Shown one piece after another: positions 36,183-46,059 of a stretch of 64,000 nt of DNA. Location of the stretch: contig OZ242320.1 of NCBI GenBank assembly GCA_965208125.1, positions 416,001 to 480,000 of the forward strand. The letters run 5' to 3'. The first letter of the stretch is position 1; every line of letters starts with the position of its first letter. The DNA is from Candidatus Latescibacterota bacterium. Lineage in GTDB: Bacteria > Latescibacterota > UBA2968. Position numbers and translations under genes: made by a program. The notes beneath the pieces were generated by a model that did no database searches, was not told the origin of the DNA, and saw nothing but the letters and a program-made list of their open reading frames with translations.

Positions 36183-37100
36183 ATGACAAAAAAAGCTTTC
36201 CTATTTCCAGGGCAAGGCTCCCAATTCGTTGGCATGGGATACGACCTGTACAGGACCGCACCGGAAGCACACAAAATTTTTGATCTTGCCGACGACTTGC
36301 TCGACATAGACATCAAATCATTCTGCTTCAACGGTCCTGCTGAGTCACTCAAACAAACCGCAGTCACACAACCGGCAATTTTTGCCCACAGCATTGCCGC
36401 CCTCGAAATACTCAAAACCCGGGGACTGCATCCCGACCTCGTGGCAGGACACAGCGTCGGAGAACTCGCCGCGCTCGTTGCGGCAGGTGTTATGCGCGTC
36501 GAAGATGGCTTTCGGGTCGTCAGCGTTCGCGGACATGCCATGCAAGTCGCGGGAAAAATTCGGCCAGGTACCATGGCTGCTGTGCTCGGTCTCAACGACG
36601 ACGTGATGGTTCGGCTTTGCAACGACCTCAGCTCTTCGGGTCATGTCACAACAGCCAATTTCAATTGTCCGGGGCAAGTGGTCCTGTCTGGCGAGGAAAA
36701 CGCCGTTGAAGAAGCACTCGAAAAAGTCAAAGCACTGGGAGCCAAACGCGCTGTGCTCTTGCCCGTAGGCGGCGCATTTCACTCAGCCTTGATGCAACCA
36801 GCCCTAACAGCACTGACCGACATACTCGACGATGTGCCATTTGTGCGGGCGCAAATCCCCGTGATCCCCAATGTCACGGCTGAACCCACACGCGATCCAG
36901 ACTTGCTCAAAGACCTGTTAATCGAGCAAGTTATTTCGCCTGTTCGCTGGACCGAATCCATGCAACGGCTCATAGCAGAAGGCATGACTGAAGCACTCGA
37001 AGTGGGGCCAGGCAATGTGCTCAAGGGCCTCATGCGCCGAATTGACCGAAACATTTCAGTCCGCGAAGCCGGCACATTAGAAGCCATTGAACAACTTTAG
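36183..37100 (+). CDS. fabD: Malonyl-CoA:ACP transacylase
   Basis: FPGQGSQ, GHSVGE and GAFHS motifs. Confidence 0.96.
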   Translation: MTKKAFLFPGQGSQFVGMGYDLYRTAPEAHKIFDLADDLLDIDIKSFCFNGPAESLKQTAVTQPAIFAHSIAALEILKTRGLHPDLVAGHSVGELAALVAAGVMRVEDGFRVVSVRGHAMQVAGKIRPGTMAAVLGLNDDVMVRLCNDLSSSGHVTTANFNCPGQVVLSGEENAVEEALEKVKALGAKRAVLLPVGGAFHSALMQPALTALTDILDDVPFVRAQIPVIPNVTAEPTRDPDLLKDLLIEQVISPVRWTESMQRLIAEGMTEALEVGPGNVLKGLMRRIDRNISVREAGTLEAIEQL

Positions 37101-37123
37101 AACATTCAACCGACAATTATCTC

Positions 37124-37870
37124 ATGAACCGACTCACAGATAAAACAGCTCTTATAACAGGCGGATCTCGCGGCATTGGCGAGGCCATTGCCCTGCGCCT
37201 TGCGCGCGAAGGAGCCAACATCGCCTTATGTGCCAGTCAAAGCACGGAAGCTGCAGAAGCCGTGGCCGAAAAAATCCGCGCACAAGGCAGAGAGGCTATT
37301 GTACGACAAACCGATGTATCCAACGCCGAATCCGTTGAAGCCCTTGTAAAGACCGTCCTCGACATCTGGGGCAAAATTGATATACTCGTCAACAATGCAG
37401 GTATCGCCCGCGACAATTTGCTGATGCGTATGAAAGAAGATGATTGGGATGCTGTTCTTGACGTCAATCTCAAAGGTGCGTACCATTGTATCAAAGCCGT
37501 CACCCGTCCCATGATGAAGGCGCGAACCGGTCGCATCATCAACGTCTCATCGGTCGTGGGGCTCACGGGCAATGCCGGGCAGATCAATTACGCCGCATCC
37601 AAATCGGGCCTGATTGGCCTGACCAAATCGGTAGCCAGAGAATTGGCCAGCCGCAATATTACTGCCAACGCCATTGCGCCCGGATTTATTCCGACTGACA
37701 TGACCGCTAAACTCAACGCCAAAATACAAGAACAGTTGATCGCACAGATTCCACTGGGCAAGCTCGGCAGTCCCGACGATGTTGCCGCAGCCGCAGCCTT
37801 TCTCGCCTCTGACGACGCTACTTATATTACTGGACAGGTTCTCGTTGTCGATGGCGGAATGGTGATGTAA
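37124..37870 (+). CDS. fabG: 3-oxoacyl-ACP reductase
   Basis: [18 protein letters not shown] and VDGGM motifs. Confidence 0.96.
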   Translation: MNRLTDKTALITGGSRGIGEAIALRLAREGANIALCASQSTEAAEAVAEKIRAQGREAIVRQTDVSNAESVEALVKTVLDIWGKIDILVNNAGIARDNLLMRMKEDDWDAVLDVNLKGAYHCIKAVTRPMMKARTGRIINVSSVVGLTGNAGQINYAASKSGLIGLTKSVARELASRNITANAIAPGFIPTDMTAKLNAKIQEQLIAQIPLGKLGSPDDVAAAAAFLASDDATYITGQVLVVDGGMVM

Positions 37871-37905
37871 ATAATCACTACACACTACACACGGAGGGCT
37901 TCACA

Positions 37906-38145
37906 ATGACCGATGATATTCAACAAAAAGTTACCGACCTGATCGTTGACCAACTCGGAGTTGATGCCGATAGCGTCAATGCCGACGCCCATTTTATTGA
38001 CGATCTGGGCGCAGACTCGCTCGACACAGTCGAACTGGTCATGGCTTTCGAAGAAGAATTTGACATGGAAATCTCCGATGAAGACGCCGAAAAGCTCGAA
38101 ACAGTTGGCGATGCCATCGCATACTTAGACGAACGTTTGGATTAA
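37906..38145 (+). CDS. acpP: Acyl carrier protein
   Basis: [20 protein letters not shown]. Confidence 0.97.
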   Translation: MTDDIQQKVTDLIVDQLGVDADSVNADAHFIDDLGADSLDTVELVMAFEEEFDMEISDEDAEKLETVGDAIAYLDERLD

Positions 38146-38153
38146 TTCGGGAA

Positions 38154-38216
38154 CTGGAAGCTGGAGATAGGTTCTCATCCCATTAATGGATGTAGGAACA
38201 AATCTCCAGCCTTCAG
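38154..38216 (+). promoter_or_regulatory. Long intercistronic stem-loop between acpP and fabF
   Basis: CTGGAAGCTGGAGAT/ATCTCCAGCCTTCAG, GTTCT/GGAAC and CATCC/GGATG arms; no U-tract; abuts the fabF RBS GGAGG. Confidence 0.65.
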
Positions 38217-38227
38217 GAGGTCATTCT

Positions 38228-39478
38228 TTGAACAAACAACGCAGAGTGGTCATCACCGGCATGGGCACACTTGCCCCCAATGGCAATACCACAAAAAGCT
38301 ATTGGGAAGCATTGTGCAATGGACAAACAGGCGTTGGCCCCATAACAAAATTTGACGCCTCTGATTTCCGCGTGCAATTTGCAGCCGAAATCAAAAACTT
38401 TGAACCAGAACACTTTGGTATTGATCGTCGCAGCCAGCGGCGCATGGATCTCTTTACCCAATACGCCATTGCATCATCTGTTCAAGCCGTAGAAAATGCA
38501 GGTCTCGATATCAGTAATGAACAGCCCGAACGCATCGGAGTTGTATTTGGCTCGGGCATTGGCGGCATCCAAACCTTTGAGGATCAGCACGAAGCCTATC
38601 GCAAAGATGGTCCACGACGCATCAGTCCGCTTTTTGTGCCCATGATGATTCCCGACATGTCCGCAGGTCAAGTATCCATCCACCTCGGTGCCAAAGGACC
38701 CAACTATACCACCGTCACAGCTTGCGCCTCGGCAGCCCATGCCATTGGCAATGCAGCCCGCGAAATTTGGGACGACGAAGCCGATGTCATGATCACAGGG
38801 GGGGCAGAAGCCGCCATTACCCCAATGTCAGTCGGTGGATTTGCCGCGGCGCGAACGCTTTCAACCCGCAACGACGCCCCAACGCAAGCCAGCCGTCCCT
38901 TCGATGCAGACCGAGATGGATTTGTAATTGGAGAAGGTGCTGGCGGGCTTGTTCTGGAAGAACTCGAACGCGCAACACAACGGGGTGCCACTATCTATGC
39001 CGAAGTTGTAGGGACTGGCTACACTGGCGATGCCTATCACATTACCGGTATGGCACCTGGCGGCGAGGGGGGTGCCCGCGCTATGTGCCGCGCCATGCGA
39101 CAAGCGCAGATCAATCCCGGAGACGTGGCTTATATCAACGCACACGGCACATCAACACCTGTGGGCGATCCGGCAGAAACAGCCGCCATCAAATCCGTAT
39201 TTGGCGACTATGCCAAAAAGCTCGCCGTCAGTTCGACAAAATCCATGACCGGACATCTTTTGGGGGCTTCGGGTGCGATTGAAACCATCGCAGCAACCCT
39301 ATCAATTCACCACAATGTGGTACCGCCCACGATCAACTACGAAACACCCGATCCAGAATGCGACCTCGATTACGTGCCCAATGAAGCGCGGGAAATACCC
39401 GTTGAAATCGCCATCAGTAATTCCTTTGGCTTTGGTGGCCACAACGCAGTACTCATCCTGCGTAAGTTTCGCAACTAA
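38228..39478 (+). CDS. fabF: 3-oxoacyl-ACP synthase II
   Basis: RRVVITG, TACAS, INAHGTST, KSMTGHLLGA and NSFGFGG motifs; TTG start after GGAGG. Confidence 0.96.
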   Translation: MNKQRRVVITGMGTLAPNGNTTKSYWEALCNGQTGVGPITKFDASDFRVQFAAEIKNFEPEHFGIDRRSQRRMDLFTQYAIASSVQAVENAGLDISNEQPERIGVVFGSGIGGIQTFEDQHEAYRKDGPRRISPLFVPMMIPDMSAGQVSIHLGAKGPNYTTVTACASAAHAIGNAAREIWDDEADVMITGGAEAAITPMSVGGFAAARTLSTRNDAPTQASRPFDADRDGFVIGEGAGGLVLEELERATQRGATIYAEVVGTGYTGDAYHITGMAPGGEGGARAMCRAMRQAQINPGDVAYINAHGTSTPVGDPAETAAIKSVFGDYAKKLAVSSTKSMTGHLLGASGAIETIAATLSIHHNVVPPTINYETPDPECDLDYVPNEAREIPVEIAISNSFGFGGHNAVLILRKFRN

Positions 39479-39489
39479 CGAGACCATAC

Positions 39490-40266
39490 ATGCTACGTGA
39501 ATTGAAAGGGGGCGGTTTTATCCGGCTCGGAACTGTCTTACAAACGATCAGACGCTGGTCCGCAGGCAGCAGAGTGCGTTCCCAGGAAGAACTCCAACAC
39601 AAACTCGGTTACACCTTTTCCAATACCGCTTTACTCGAACAAGCCCTTAAACACCGGTCTCATGTTTACGTCACTCAGGAAGGCAGCATTGCTTCCAACG
39701 AACGCCTGGAATTTTTGGGCGATGCCGTGCTCGATCTCATTGTGACAGAACATCTCTACAATCGGTTCAAAAATAAAAGAGAAGGCGAACTCACACAGAT
39801 CAAATCTCTACTCGTCAGCAAGGTGGTCCTGGCCGAAAAAGGCCGCAAAATCCAACTTGGAGAATATCTCTATTTGAGCAAAGAAGAAATCTCATCTGGC
39901 GGGCGCCAACGCACCTCGATTATCGGCGATGCTTTTGAAGCGCTCTTAGGTGCGATTTACCTCGATGGCGGGCTTGAAGCTGCCCGCTCATTTGTCGAAC
40001 GCACAATTCTAACCGATGTTGAAGAAATCCTCGCCGACGGCAACTATCTCAACTTCAAAAGCCTGCTTCTCGAACACACACAAAGTACGGGACAGGGCCA
40101 TCCGCGATATCAGCCCATATCCGAAGAAGGCCCAGATCACCGAAAAATTTTCTTTATTGAAGTAACCCTTCAGGGCGATCGATTGGGCGAAGGACAGGGG
40201 CGCAGTAAAAAAGAAGCCCAACAGATGGCCGCAAAAGACGCGCTCAGACACCTGGGCCTACACTAA
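39490..40266 (+). CDS. rnc: Ribonuclease III
   Basis: NERLEFLGDAVL, DAFEALLGAIYLDGG and dsRBD (GRSKKEAQQ.AA) motifs; exact start uncertain. Confidence 0.95.
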   Translation: MLRELKGGGFIRLGTVLQTIRRWSAGSRVRSQEELQHKLGYTFSNTALLEQALKHRSHVYVTQEGSIASNERLEFLGDAVLDLIVTEHLYNRFKNKREGELTQIKSLLVSKVVLAEKGRKIQLGEYLYLSKEEISSGGRQRTSIIGDAFEALLGAIYLDGGLEAARSFVERTILTDVEEILADGNYLNFKSLLLEHTQSTGQGHPRYQPISEEGPDHRKIFFIEVTLQGDRLGEGQGRSKKEAQQMAAKDALRHLGLH

Positions 40267-40268
40267 CC

Positions 40269-41102
40269 GTGACACAATGCGATCCCTTCACATGGCGTTT
40301 CCTGAATACCCAACACGGAAACGCCTTTTTTAATATGGCAGTCGATGAAGCTCTCGTGCGCTCGATAGGTGCTCGGCCTGCATTTCGCGTTTACGGGTGG
40401 CAACCGCCCGCGGTCTCCTTTGGATATGCACAGCGCATCAGCCGCGAAGTCGATGCCCAAAAAGTTCGCAAGCGCGGTATCGACATTGTCCGTCGGCCCA
40501 CCGGTGGTCGCGCCGTCTTGCACTGGAACGAACTGACCTACAGCGTTATCTGCCCTGCCGACAATCCCGTTATGGGGGGCAATATCAACGAAGCCTATCG
40601 CAGAATCAGCGAGGGCCTTTTGGCGGGTATTCGCGCTCTCGGTATTGATGCGACCTTTGAATCCCGCCGCCAGACGCAACCCTCACCGCGCGGCAAAGAA
40701 CTCACCTCGCCCTGTTTTACCAGCACAGCGCAATACGAAGTCAAATTCAAGGGACGCAAACTCATCGGTAGCGCGCAACAGCGCATCGGCACAATGCTCT
40801 TGCAGCACGGGTCTCTCCTACTCGGCCCAGAGCACAAACAAATCGTCGATCTTCTGCCCATCGACAAACCCGGCCTGAAAAAGCGTTTTGCACGCGACCT
40901 CGACCGCCACACCACCTCGCTCTCTGAAGCCCTTGCATCCCCCATCGATTTTGATACAGTGGCTACCGCCATCCGACAAGGCATTCAAAAGACCTTTAAC
41001 ATCCAACTTGTTGAAGCCACACTCAGCAAAACCGAAATCGCCGAAACCCAACGCCTCATCAACGAGAAATACGCAACGCATGAATGGAATGACAAGTATT
41101 GA
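40269..41102 (+). CDS. Lipoate-protein ligase A family protein (LipM-like octanoyltransferase)
   Basis: NMAVDEAL, VRRPTGGRAVLH, PCF, KLIGSAQ and LQHGSL motifs. Confidence 0.9.
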   Translation: MTQCDPFTWRFLNTQHGNAFFNMAVDEALVRSIGARPAFRVYGWQPPAVSFGYAQRISREVDAQKVRKRGIDIVRRPTGGRAVLHWNELTYSVICPADNPVMGGNINEAYRRISEGLLAGIRALGIDATFESRRQTQPSPRGKELTSPCFTSTAQYEVKFKGRKLIGSAQQRIGTMLLQHGSLLLGPEHKQIVDLLPIDKPGLKKRFARDLDRHTTSLSEALASPIDFDTVATAIRQGIQKTFNIQLVEATLSKTEIAETQRLINEKYATHEWNDKY

Positions 41103-41511
41103 ATCTTCAAAGATCTGGACCTCACATCCCTTGCGCGAAGAGCCTTTGGCAAAATCTGTTTTACTCGTACTCATCATCCTGGGCGTCGCGGCTATTGTCG
41201 GTGTGAGCTTTCAAAGCATCACCTTCGCCTTTCTTGCACTCGTATTGCTCACCGCGGCGATGTCCCGTTATTTTTTTATAACGCACTATGCTATTGACAC
41301 TCACGGTTTTACCATTTCACATATCGGTATGCACAGGCAGTATTTGTGGACAAATTTTCGCCGCGCCGCAATCCATCCCGACGGCGTCTTCTTAAGTCCT
41401 TTTGCCAAACCGCATCGTCTCGACACATTTCGCGGTCAATTCCTGCGCTCGAAAAATCCCTCAGAGATCTACCATGTCGTCCAAAGACACATCAATATTG
41501 ATCCGGCTTAA
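41089..41511 (+). CDS. Hypothetical membrane protein (two TM segments plus small soluble domain)
   Basis: Overlaps the ligase stop; hydrophobic hairpin, then GVFLSPF..PHRLDTFRG. Confidence 0.7.
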   Translation: MTSIESSKIWTSHPLREEPLAKSVLLVLIILGVAAIVGVSFQSITFAFLALVLLTAAMSRYFFITHYAIDTHGFTISHIGMHRQYLWTNFRRAAIHPDGVFLSPFAKPHRLDTFRGQFLRSKNPSEIYHVVQRHINIDPA

Positions 41512-41827
41512 GAATTACTGCGCCCATGCCTTTGCCGTCTCCCCACCCGAAAGTGCCATCACCGAAGAAGACGAAATTCTCGCCGAAAAAGCCGCCGCCT
41601 TCATCGTGAGACGCAAACTCACAGCGCCAGCCATTATGTTACTTGAAACCGGGCGACCCTTTAACTATATTGGCAGCCAACTTTTGACTTTTTTATCGCC
41701 CTTCGTATCTATCATCTTTTCCTCAACAGCTGAGTTTGATCGCTTCACGCGCTTTCTGGAAAAACGGGAAAGCATTCCCTGCCTCATTCGTCACATTGAA
41801 ACCCTGGAAAACAAAAACCATGGATAA
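41474..41827 (+). CDS. Hypothetical protein of the GlmL-like cluster
   Basis: IVRRKLTAPAIMLLETGRPFNYIGSQ; overlaps both neighbours. Confidence 0.7.
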   Translation: MSSKDTSILIRLKNYCAHAFAVSPPESAITEEDEILAEKAAAFIVRRKLTAPAIMLLETGRPFNYIGSQLLTFLSPFVSIIFSSTAEFDRFTRFLEKRESIPCLIRHIETLENKNHG

Positions 41828-43607
41828 ACTCGACGTTATCATCGCTACCGACTGCGGCAGCACCACGACCAAAGCCATCCTCATAGAAAAAAAGGGCGAT
41901 GTCTATCGCCAGACCTATCGGGGCGAAGCACCTACCACAGTTGAAGCCCCCTACGAAGACGTCACGCGCGGCGTGCTCAACGCCATTCAAGAAGTCGAAG
42001 AACTCTCCGGCAGACAAATTCTCGACGGCGAAACCATCATCACACCCGCACGGGATAATCGCGGAGTTGACATCTACATTTCTACCAGCAGTGCAGGCGG
42101 CGGCCTGCAAATGATGGTCGGCGGCGTCATTCAGGCCATGACCGGCGAAAGCGCGCAGCGCTGCGCCCTCGGCGCAGGCGCAATCGTCATGGACATTCTC
42201 GCATCCAACGACGGGCGGCAGCCCCACGAAAAAATCGAACGCATACGCCAGTTGCGCCCCGATATGGTGCTCCTTTCGGGAGGCACAGATGGCGGCACCA
42301 TTTCGCACGTTGTCGAACTGGCCGAATTTATTTCGGCAGCCGACCCCAAACCGCGATTTGGATCGGGATACCAACTGCCCGTTATTTACGCCGGAAACAA
42401 AGATGCCGCGCAGGAAATTGAACGTACCCTGGGCGACAAAACAGCCCTCACCGTCACGGAAAACATCCGCCCCACGCTCGAAGAAGAAAACCTCGGACCT
42501 GCCCGCCATGTGATCCACGACCTCTTTCTCGAACACGTCATGGCGCAAGCACCTGGCTACCGGAAACTCATCTCATGGACAGGCGCGCCCATCATGCCCA
42601 CGCCCGGCGCAGTTGGCCTCATGATGCAAACCGCATCCAAACAACAAAATATCAATGTCGTGGGCGTTGACATAGGCGGTGCCACCACCGACGTATTCAG
42701 CGTCTTTGACGATATCTTCAACCGCACGGTATCTGCCAATCTCGGCATGTCCTACAGCGTATCCAACGTACTCGCCGAAGCGGGCCTCGACGATGTCATG
42801 CGCTGGGTACCTTTCAAAATCGACGAAGCAGACCTGCGCGACCGCATCAAAAACAAAATGATCCGCCCCACCACAATTCCACAAATGCTCGAAGAACTTC
42901 AGGTCGAACAGGCCATTGCCCGCGAAGCCCTGCGCCTGGCCTTTGTCCAGCACCGCGCATTGGCCGTGGGTCTCAAAGGCGTACAGGCCGAGCGTACCCT
43001 ATCCGATGTATTCGACCAATCCGCAGGCGGCGAAAGCCTCATCAAAATGCGCGACCTCGATCTCCTCGTAGGAAGCGGCGGCGTTCTATCTCACGCCCCG
43101 CGTCGAATGCAAACAGCCGCCATGCTCATCGACGCCTTCCAGCCCGAAGGCATCACGCGTCTCGCCGTTGACAGCATCTTTATGATGCCACACCTCGGCG
43201 TACTCTCATCGGTCAACGAAATCGCTGCCACTCAGGTTTTTGAACGCGACTGCCTCATCTACCTCGGCACCTGCATTGCACCCATCGCCCAAGGCAAAAT
43301 AGGCGCATCCTGTGCACAATACGAAATCGACCTTCCCGGCGGAACCCAATCGGGCACACTCAACATCGGCGATCTTCTACACTTCTCCCTCGAAGCCGAT
43401 CGAGAAGCACACCTCACCTTGCACCCCGAGCGCAACACAGACGCAGGTGCCGGATCGGGCCGAGAACTGAACATCACAGTCAAGGGGGGTACCGCCGGGC
43501 TAATCCTCGACGGACGCGGTCGCCCCATTGTATTTGCCGAAAATCAATCCGAACGCGCCGATCAAATAAGCCGGTGGAGCGAGACCCTCGACCTCTATCC
43601 CCGGTAA
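41820..43607 (+). CDS. Glutamate mutase L (GlmL)-like ASKHA-fold ATPase
   Basis: TDCGSTTTK, SSAGGGL, LSGGTDGG, MPTPGAV, VDIGGATTDVFS and RTVSANLGMSYS motifs. Confidence 0.88.
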   Translation: MDKLDVIIATDCGSTTTKAILIEKKGDVYRQTYRGEAPTTVEAPYEDVTRGVLNAIQEVEELSGRQILDGETIITPARDNRGVDIYISTSSAGGGLQMMVGGVIQAMTGESAQRCALGAGAIVMDILASNDGRQPHEKIERIRQLRPDMVLLSGGTDGGTISHVVELAEFISAADPKPRFGSGYQLPVIYAGNKDAAQEIERTLGDKTALTVTENIRPTLEEENLGPARHVIHDLFLEHVMAQAPGYRKLISWTGAPIMPTPGAVGLMMQTASKQQNINVVGVDIGGATTDVFSVFDDIFNRTVSANLGMSYSVSNVLAEAGLDDVMRWVPFKIDEADLRDRIKNKMIRPTTIPQMLEELQVEQAIAREALRLAFVQHRALAVGLKGVQAERTLSDVFDQSAGGESLIKMRDLDLLVGSGGVLSHAPRRMQTAAMLIDAFQPEGITRLAVDSIFMMPHLGVLSSVNEIAATQVFERDCLIYLGTCIAPIAQGKIGASCAQYEIDLPGGTQSGTLNIGDLLHFSLEADREAHLTLHPERNTDAGAGSGRELNITVKGGTAGLILDGRGRPIVFAENQSERADQISRWSETLDLYPR

Positions 43608-43693
43608 GAGAAAGGCCCTGATTTAATTTATTTTTCTTGTAAAGTACCCCTCGCATTGTATATTCCGTTATCCTTAACCCCAGGTATTACCCT

Positions 43694-44812
43694 ATGGCAC
43701 ACGCATACACACCCGGTCTTCGCGTTACCCCACAGACCCTTCTTCAACGCCAGCGCCAACTCCCCCTCAAAGGTGAGGTCGTCGTATCACAAGGCGATAG
43801 CGTAACGCGCGATCAAGTCGTTGCACGCACGCACCTGCCCGGCAACGTCACCACCCTCAACCTGGTCAACATCTTGAGTTGCACGCCAGAAGAACTGCCC
43901 AATTACCTGCTCAAACGCGAAGGCGACCCCGTCGAAGCCGACGAACCCATTGCCGAAACCCGCCCCTTCATCAAATGGTTCAAAACCACCGTTAAAGCAC
44001 CTATTAGTGGCACCCTCGAAAGCATCTCCAAAATCACCGGACAGGTCATCTTTCGCGCGCCCCCCCGCCCCGTTCAGGTACAGGCATACATAGATGGCAA
44101 CGTGACCGAAATCCTGCCCGAAGAAGGCGTCATTGTCGAAACCACAGGTGCATTTGTACAGGGCATCTTTGGCATAGGCGGTGAAACCTGGGGACCTCTG
44201 CACGTCATCTCCGAAGAGCCAGATCAAATTTTAACCCCCGACCAAATCGACGACTCGTGCGCGGGTAAAATCGCCGTAGGCGGCAACCTTCTCACACTCG
44301 ACGTAATTGACAAAGCGCGGGAAAGCGGCGCCGTTGGCATCATTGGGGGCGGCATCCGCGACGCCGATTTGCGCGACCTGCTCGGTTACGACCTCGGCGT
44401 AGCTATCACCGGCACCGAGAATATTGGCCTCACCGTCATCGTCACCGAAGGCTTTGGCCCCATTGCAATGGCGCACAAAACCTTTGACATACTGAGCGAA
44501 AACAACGGCAAAGAAGCCTCTATCTCGGGTGCCACCCAGATTCGCGCCGGGGTTTTGCGTCCCGAAATCATCATCCCGGAATCCAGCAGCCACGAACAAA
44601 CCGAAGAATCCGATCATCCGGGCCTCATCGAAGGGGCACTCTTGCGCGTGATTCGCGCACCCTATTTTGGTCAGGTAGGCAAAGTCACGGCACTACCACC
44701 CGAATTGCAAACAGTCGAATCCGAAACCCATGTGCGCGTACTCGAAGTAGAATTTGACAATGGCGACCGCGCCACTGTCCCGCGCGCCAACGTCGAACTC
44801 ATCCAAGAGTAA
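43694..44812 (+). CDS. Hypothetical protein with barrel-sandwich (lipoyl/biotinyl-like) motifs and a C-terminal KOW-like domain
   Basis: GEVVVSQGDSV..DQVVA; KREGDPVEADEPIAE...VKAPISGTLESI; VQGIFGIGGE; LRVIRAPYFGQVGKV...VPRANVE. Confidence 0.75.
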   Translation: MAHAYTPGLRVTPQTLLQRQRQLPLKGEVVVSQGDSVTRDQVVARTHLPGNVTTLNLVNILSCTPEELPNYLLKREGDPVEADEPIAETRPFIKWFKTTVKAPISGTLESISKITGQVIFRAPPRPVQVQAYIDGNVTEILPEEGVIVETTGAFVQGIFGIGGETWGPLHVISEEPDQILTPDQIDDSCAGKIAVGGNLLTLDVIDKARESGAVGIIGGGIRDADLRDLLGYDLGVAITGTENIGLTVIVTEGFGPIAMAHKTFDILSENNGKEASISGATQIRAGVLRPEIIIPESSSHEQTEESDHPGLIEGALLRVIRAPYFGQVGKVTALPPELQTVESETHVRVLEVEFDNGDRATVPRANVELIQE

Positions 44813-44835
44813 ACGACTCCATCGGGAGATTGCGT

Positions 44836-46044
44836 ATGAGATATTTTTTAACTTGCATCACACTCGTGCTCTGCGCGGCACAGGTATATGCACAACAACC
44901 CACCGGTGTCAAAGCCGAAGACACCCCCAACGACTCGGGAGGCAGCATCACCGTCATCTGGGATTACCCAGAACCCCTCGAGGGAGTCGAACAAATCACA
45001 TACACAATTTCAGTCGGCGAATCTGAAAATGGGCCTTTTCATGGCGCCAAGTACAATGCAGCTAACCTGCAATCCACCGATCCGGGCACTTTTGGGCATG
45101 GCGAAGAAACATTCCACAAGTTTTTTGCCAGAATCTCCGAATATGTTGATCCCGCCGACTCATCTAAAAGAATCGCCATTGAAAATAGTAAAACTTATTA
45201 CGTACAGGTCATCGCCCACCTCCCTTCTGGCGAATCATTTCCCTCGGCAATCGCAAGCGCAGAAGCGTATGAAAATCTCTTCAACCGGACCAAAACCAAC
45301 AACTTCGTTATCGGCACGATCTTCTCTCTCATCATTTTAGGCGGCATTCTCCTCGCCCAAAAACGCGAACTCTTCATTCGGCGCATCGCTGGCCTCGAAG
45401 CCCTTGACGAAGCCCTCGGTCGCGCCACGGAAATGGGTAAACCCGTACTCTTTGTACATGGGTTGCATGACATGGACAGTGTTTCCACTATTGCGGCAAT
45501 CAATGTTCTCTCCCGCGTTGCCCACCGTACAGCCGAATTTAATACCGAATTGCGCGTTGCCAATCGCTACTCAGTTGTCATGGCTGTGAGTCAAGAGGTT
45601 GTCAAAGAATCCTATCTCAATGCAGGCCGTCCCGACGCATATTCCGACGACATGGTCTTTCTGGCAGCTACAGAACAATTCAGCTATGCCGCAGCCCTTG
45701 ACGGCATGATGGTGCGCGACAGACCAGCCACCAATATCATGATGGGATCCTTCTATGCCGAATCGCTCTTGCTGGCAGAAACAGGTGCTTCAATCAATGC
45801 TATTCAGATCGCGGGCACTGACTCCTACACCCAACTGCCCTTTTTCATCACTACCTGCGACTATACGCTCATGGGCGAAGAACTCTATGCGGCGAGTGCG
45901 TATCTCGCCCGAGAACCCAAACTGTTGGGCAGCCTTAAAGGGCAGGACATCGGCAAAGCAGTGCTCTTGATAGCCATGATTTTGGGTACACTTCTGGCGA
46001 GTTTTGAAATTCAAACACTCACGCATATTTTTACCGCATATTAA
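44836..46044 (+). CDS. DUF6754-like membrane protein with an N-terminal fibronectin-III-like domain
   Basis: Signal peptide; DTPNDSGGSITVIW; IRRIAGLEALDEALGRATEMGKP, AESLLLAETG and QLPFFITTCDYTLMGEELYAASAYL motifs. Confidence 0.8.
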   Translation: MRYFLTCITLVLCAAQVYAQQPTGVKAEDTPNDSGGSITVIWDYPEPLEGVEQITYTISVGESENGPFHGAKYNAANLQSTDPGTFGHGEETFHKFFARISEYVDPADSSKRIAIENSKTYYVQVIAHLPSGESFPSAIASAEAYENLFNRTKTNNFVIGTIFSLIILGGILLAQKRELFIRRIAGLEALDEALGRATEMGKPVLFVHGLHDMDSVSTIAAINVLSRVAHRTAEFNTELRVANRYSVVMAVSQEVVKESYLNAGRPDAYSDDMVFLAATEQFSYAAALDGMMVRDRPATNIMMGSFYAESLLLAETGASINAIQIAGTDSYTQLPFFITTCDYTLMGEELYAASAYLAREPKLLGSLKGQDIGKAVLLIAMILGTLLASFEIQTLTHIFTAY

Positions 46045-46059
46045 GCAGGGGATTCTTTT

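Noticed and set aside
35190-39478. Type II PKS or other secondary-metabolite cluster
   Set aside because: Canonical fabH-fabD-fabG-acpP-fabF housekeeping order next to rpmF and rnc; no chain-length factor or cyclase.
41820-43607. Glutamate/methylaspartate fermentation pathway, or DNA-repair MutL
   Set aside because: No glutamate mutase subunits or methylaspartase in the window; the protein has ASKHA motifs, not the GHKL motifs of repair MutL.
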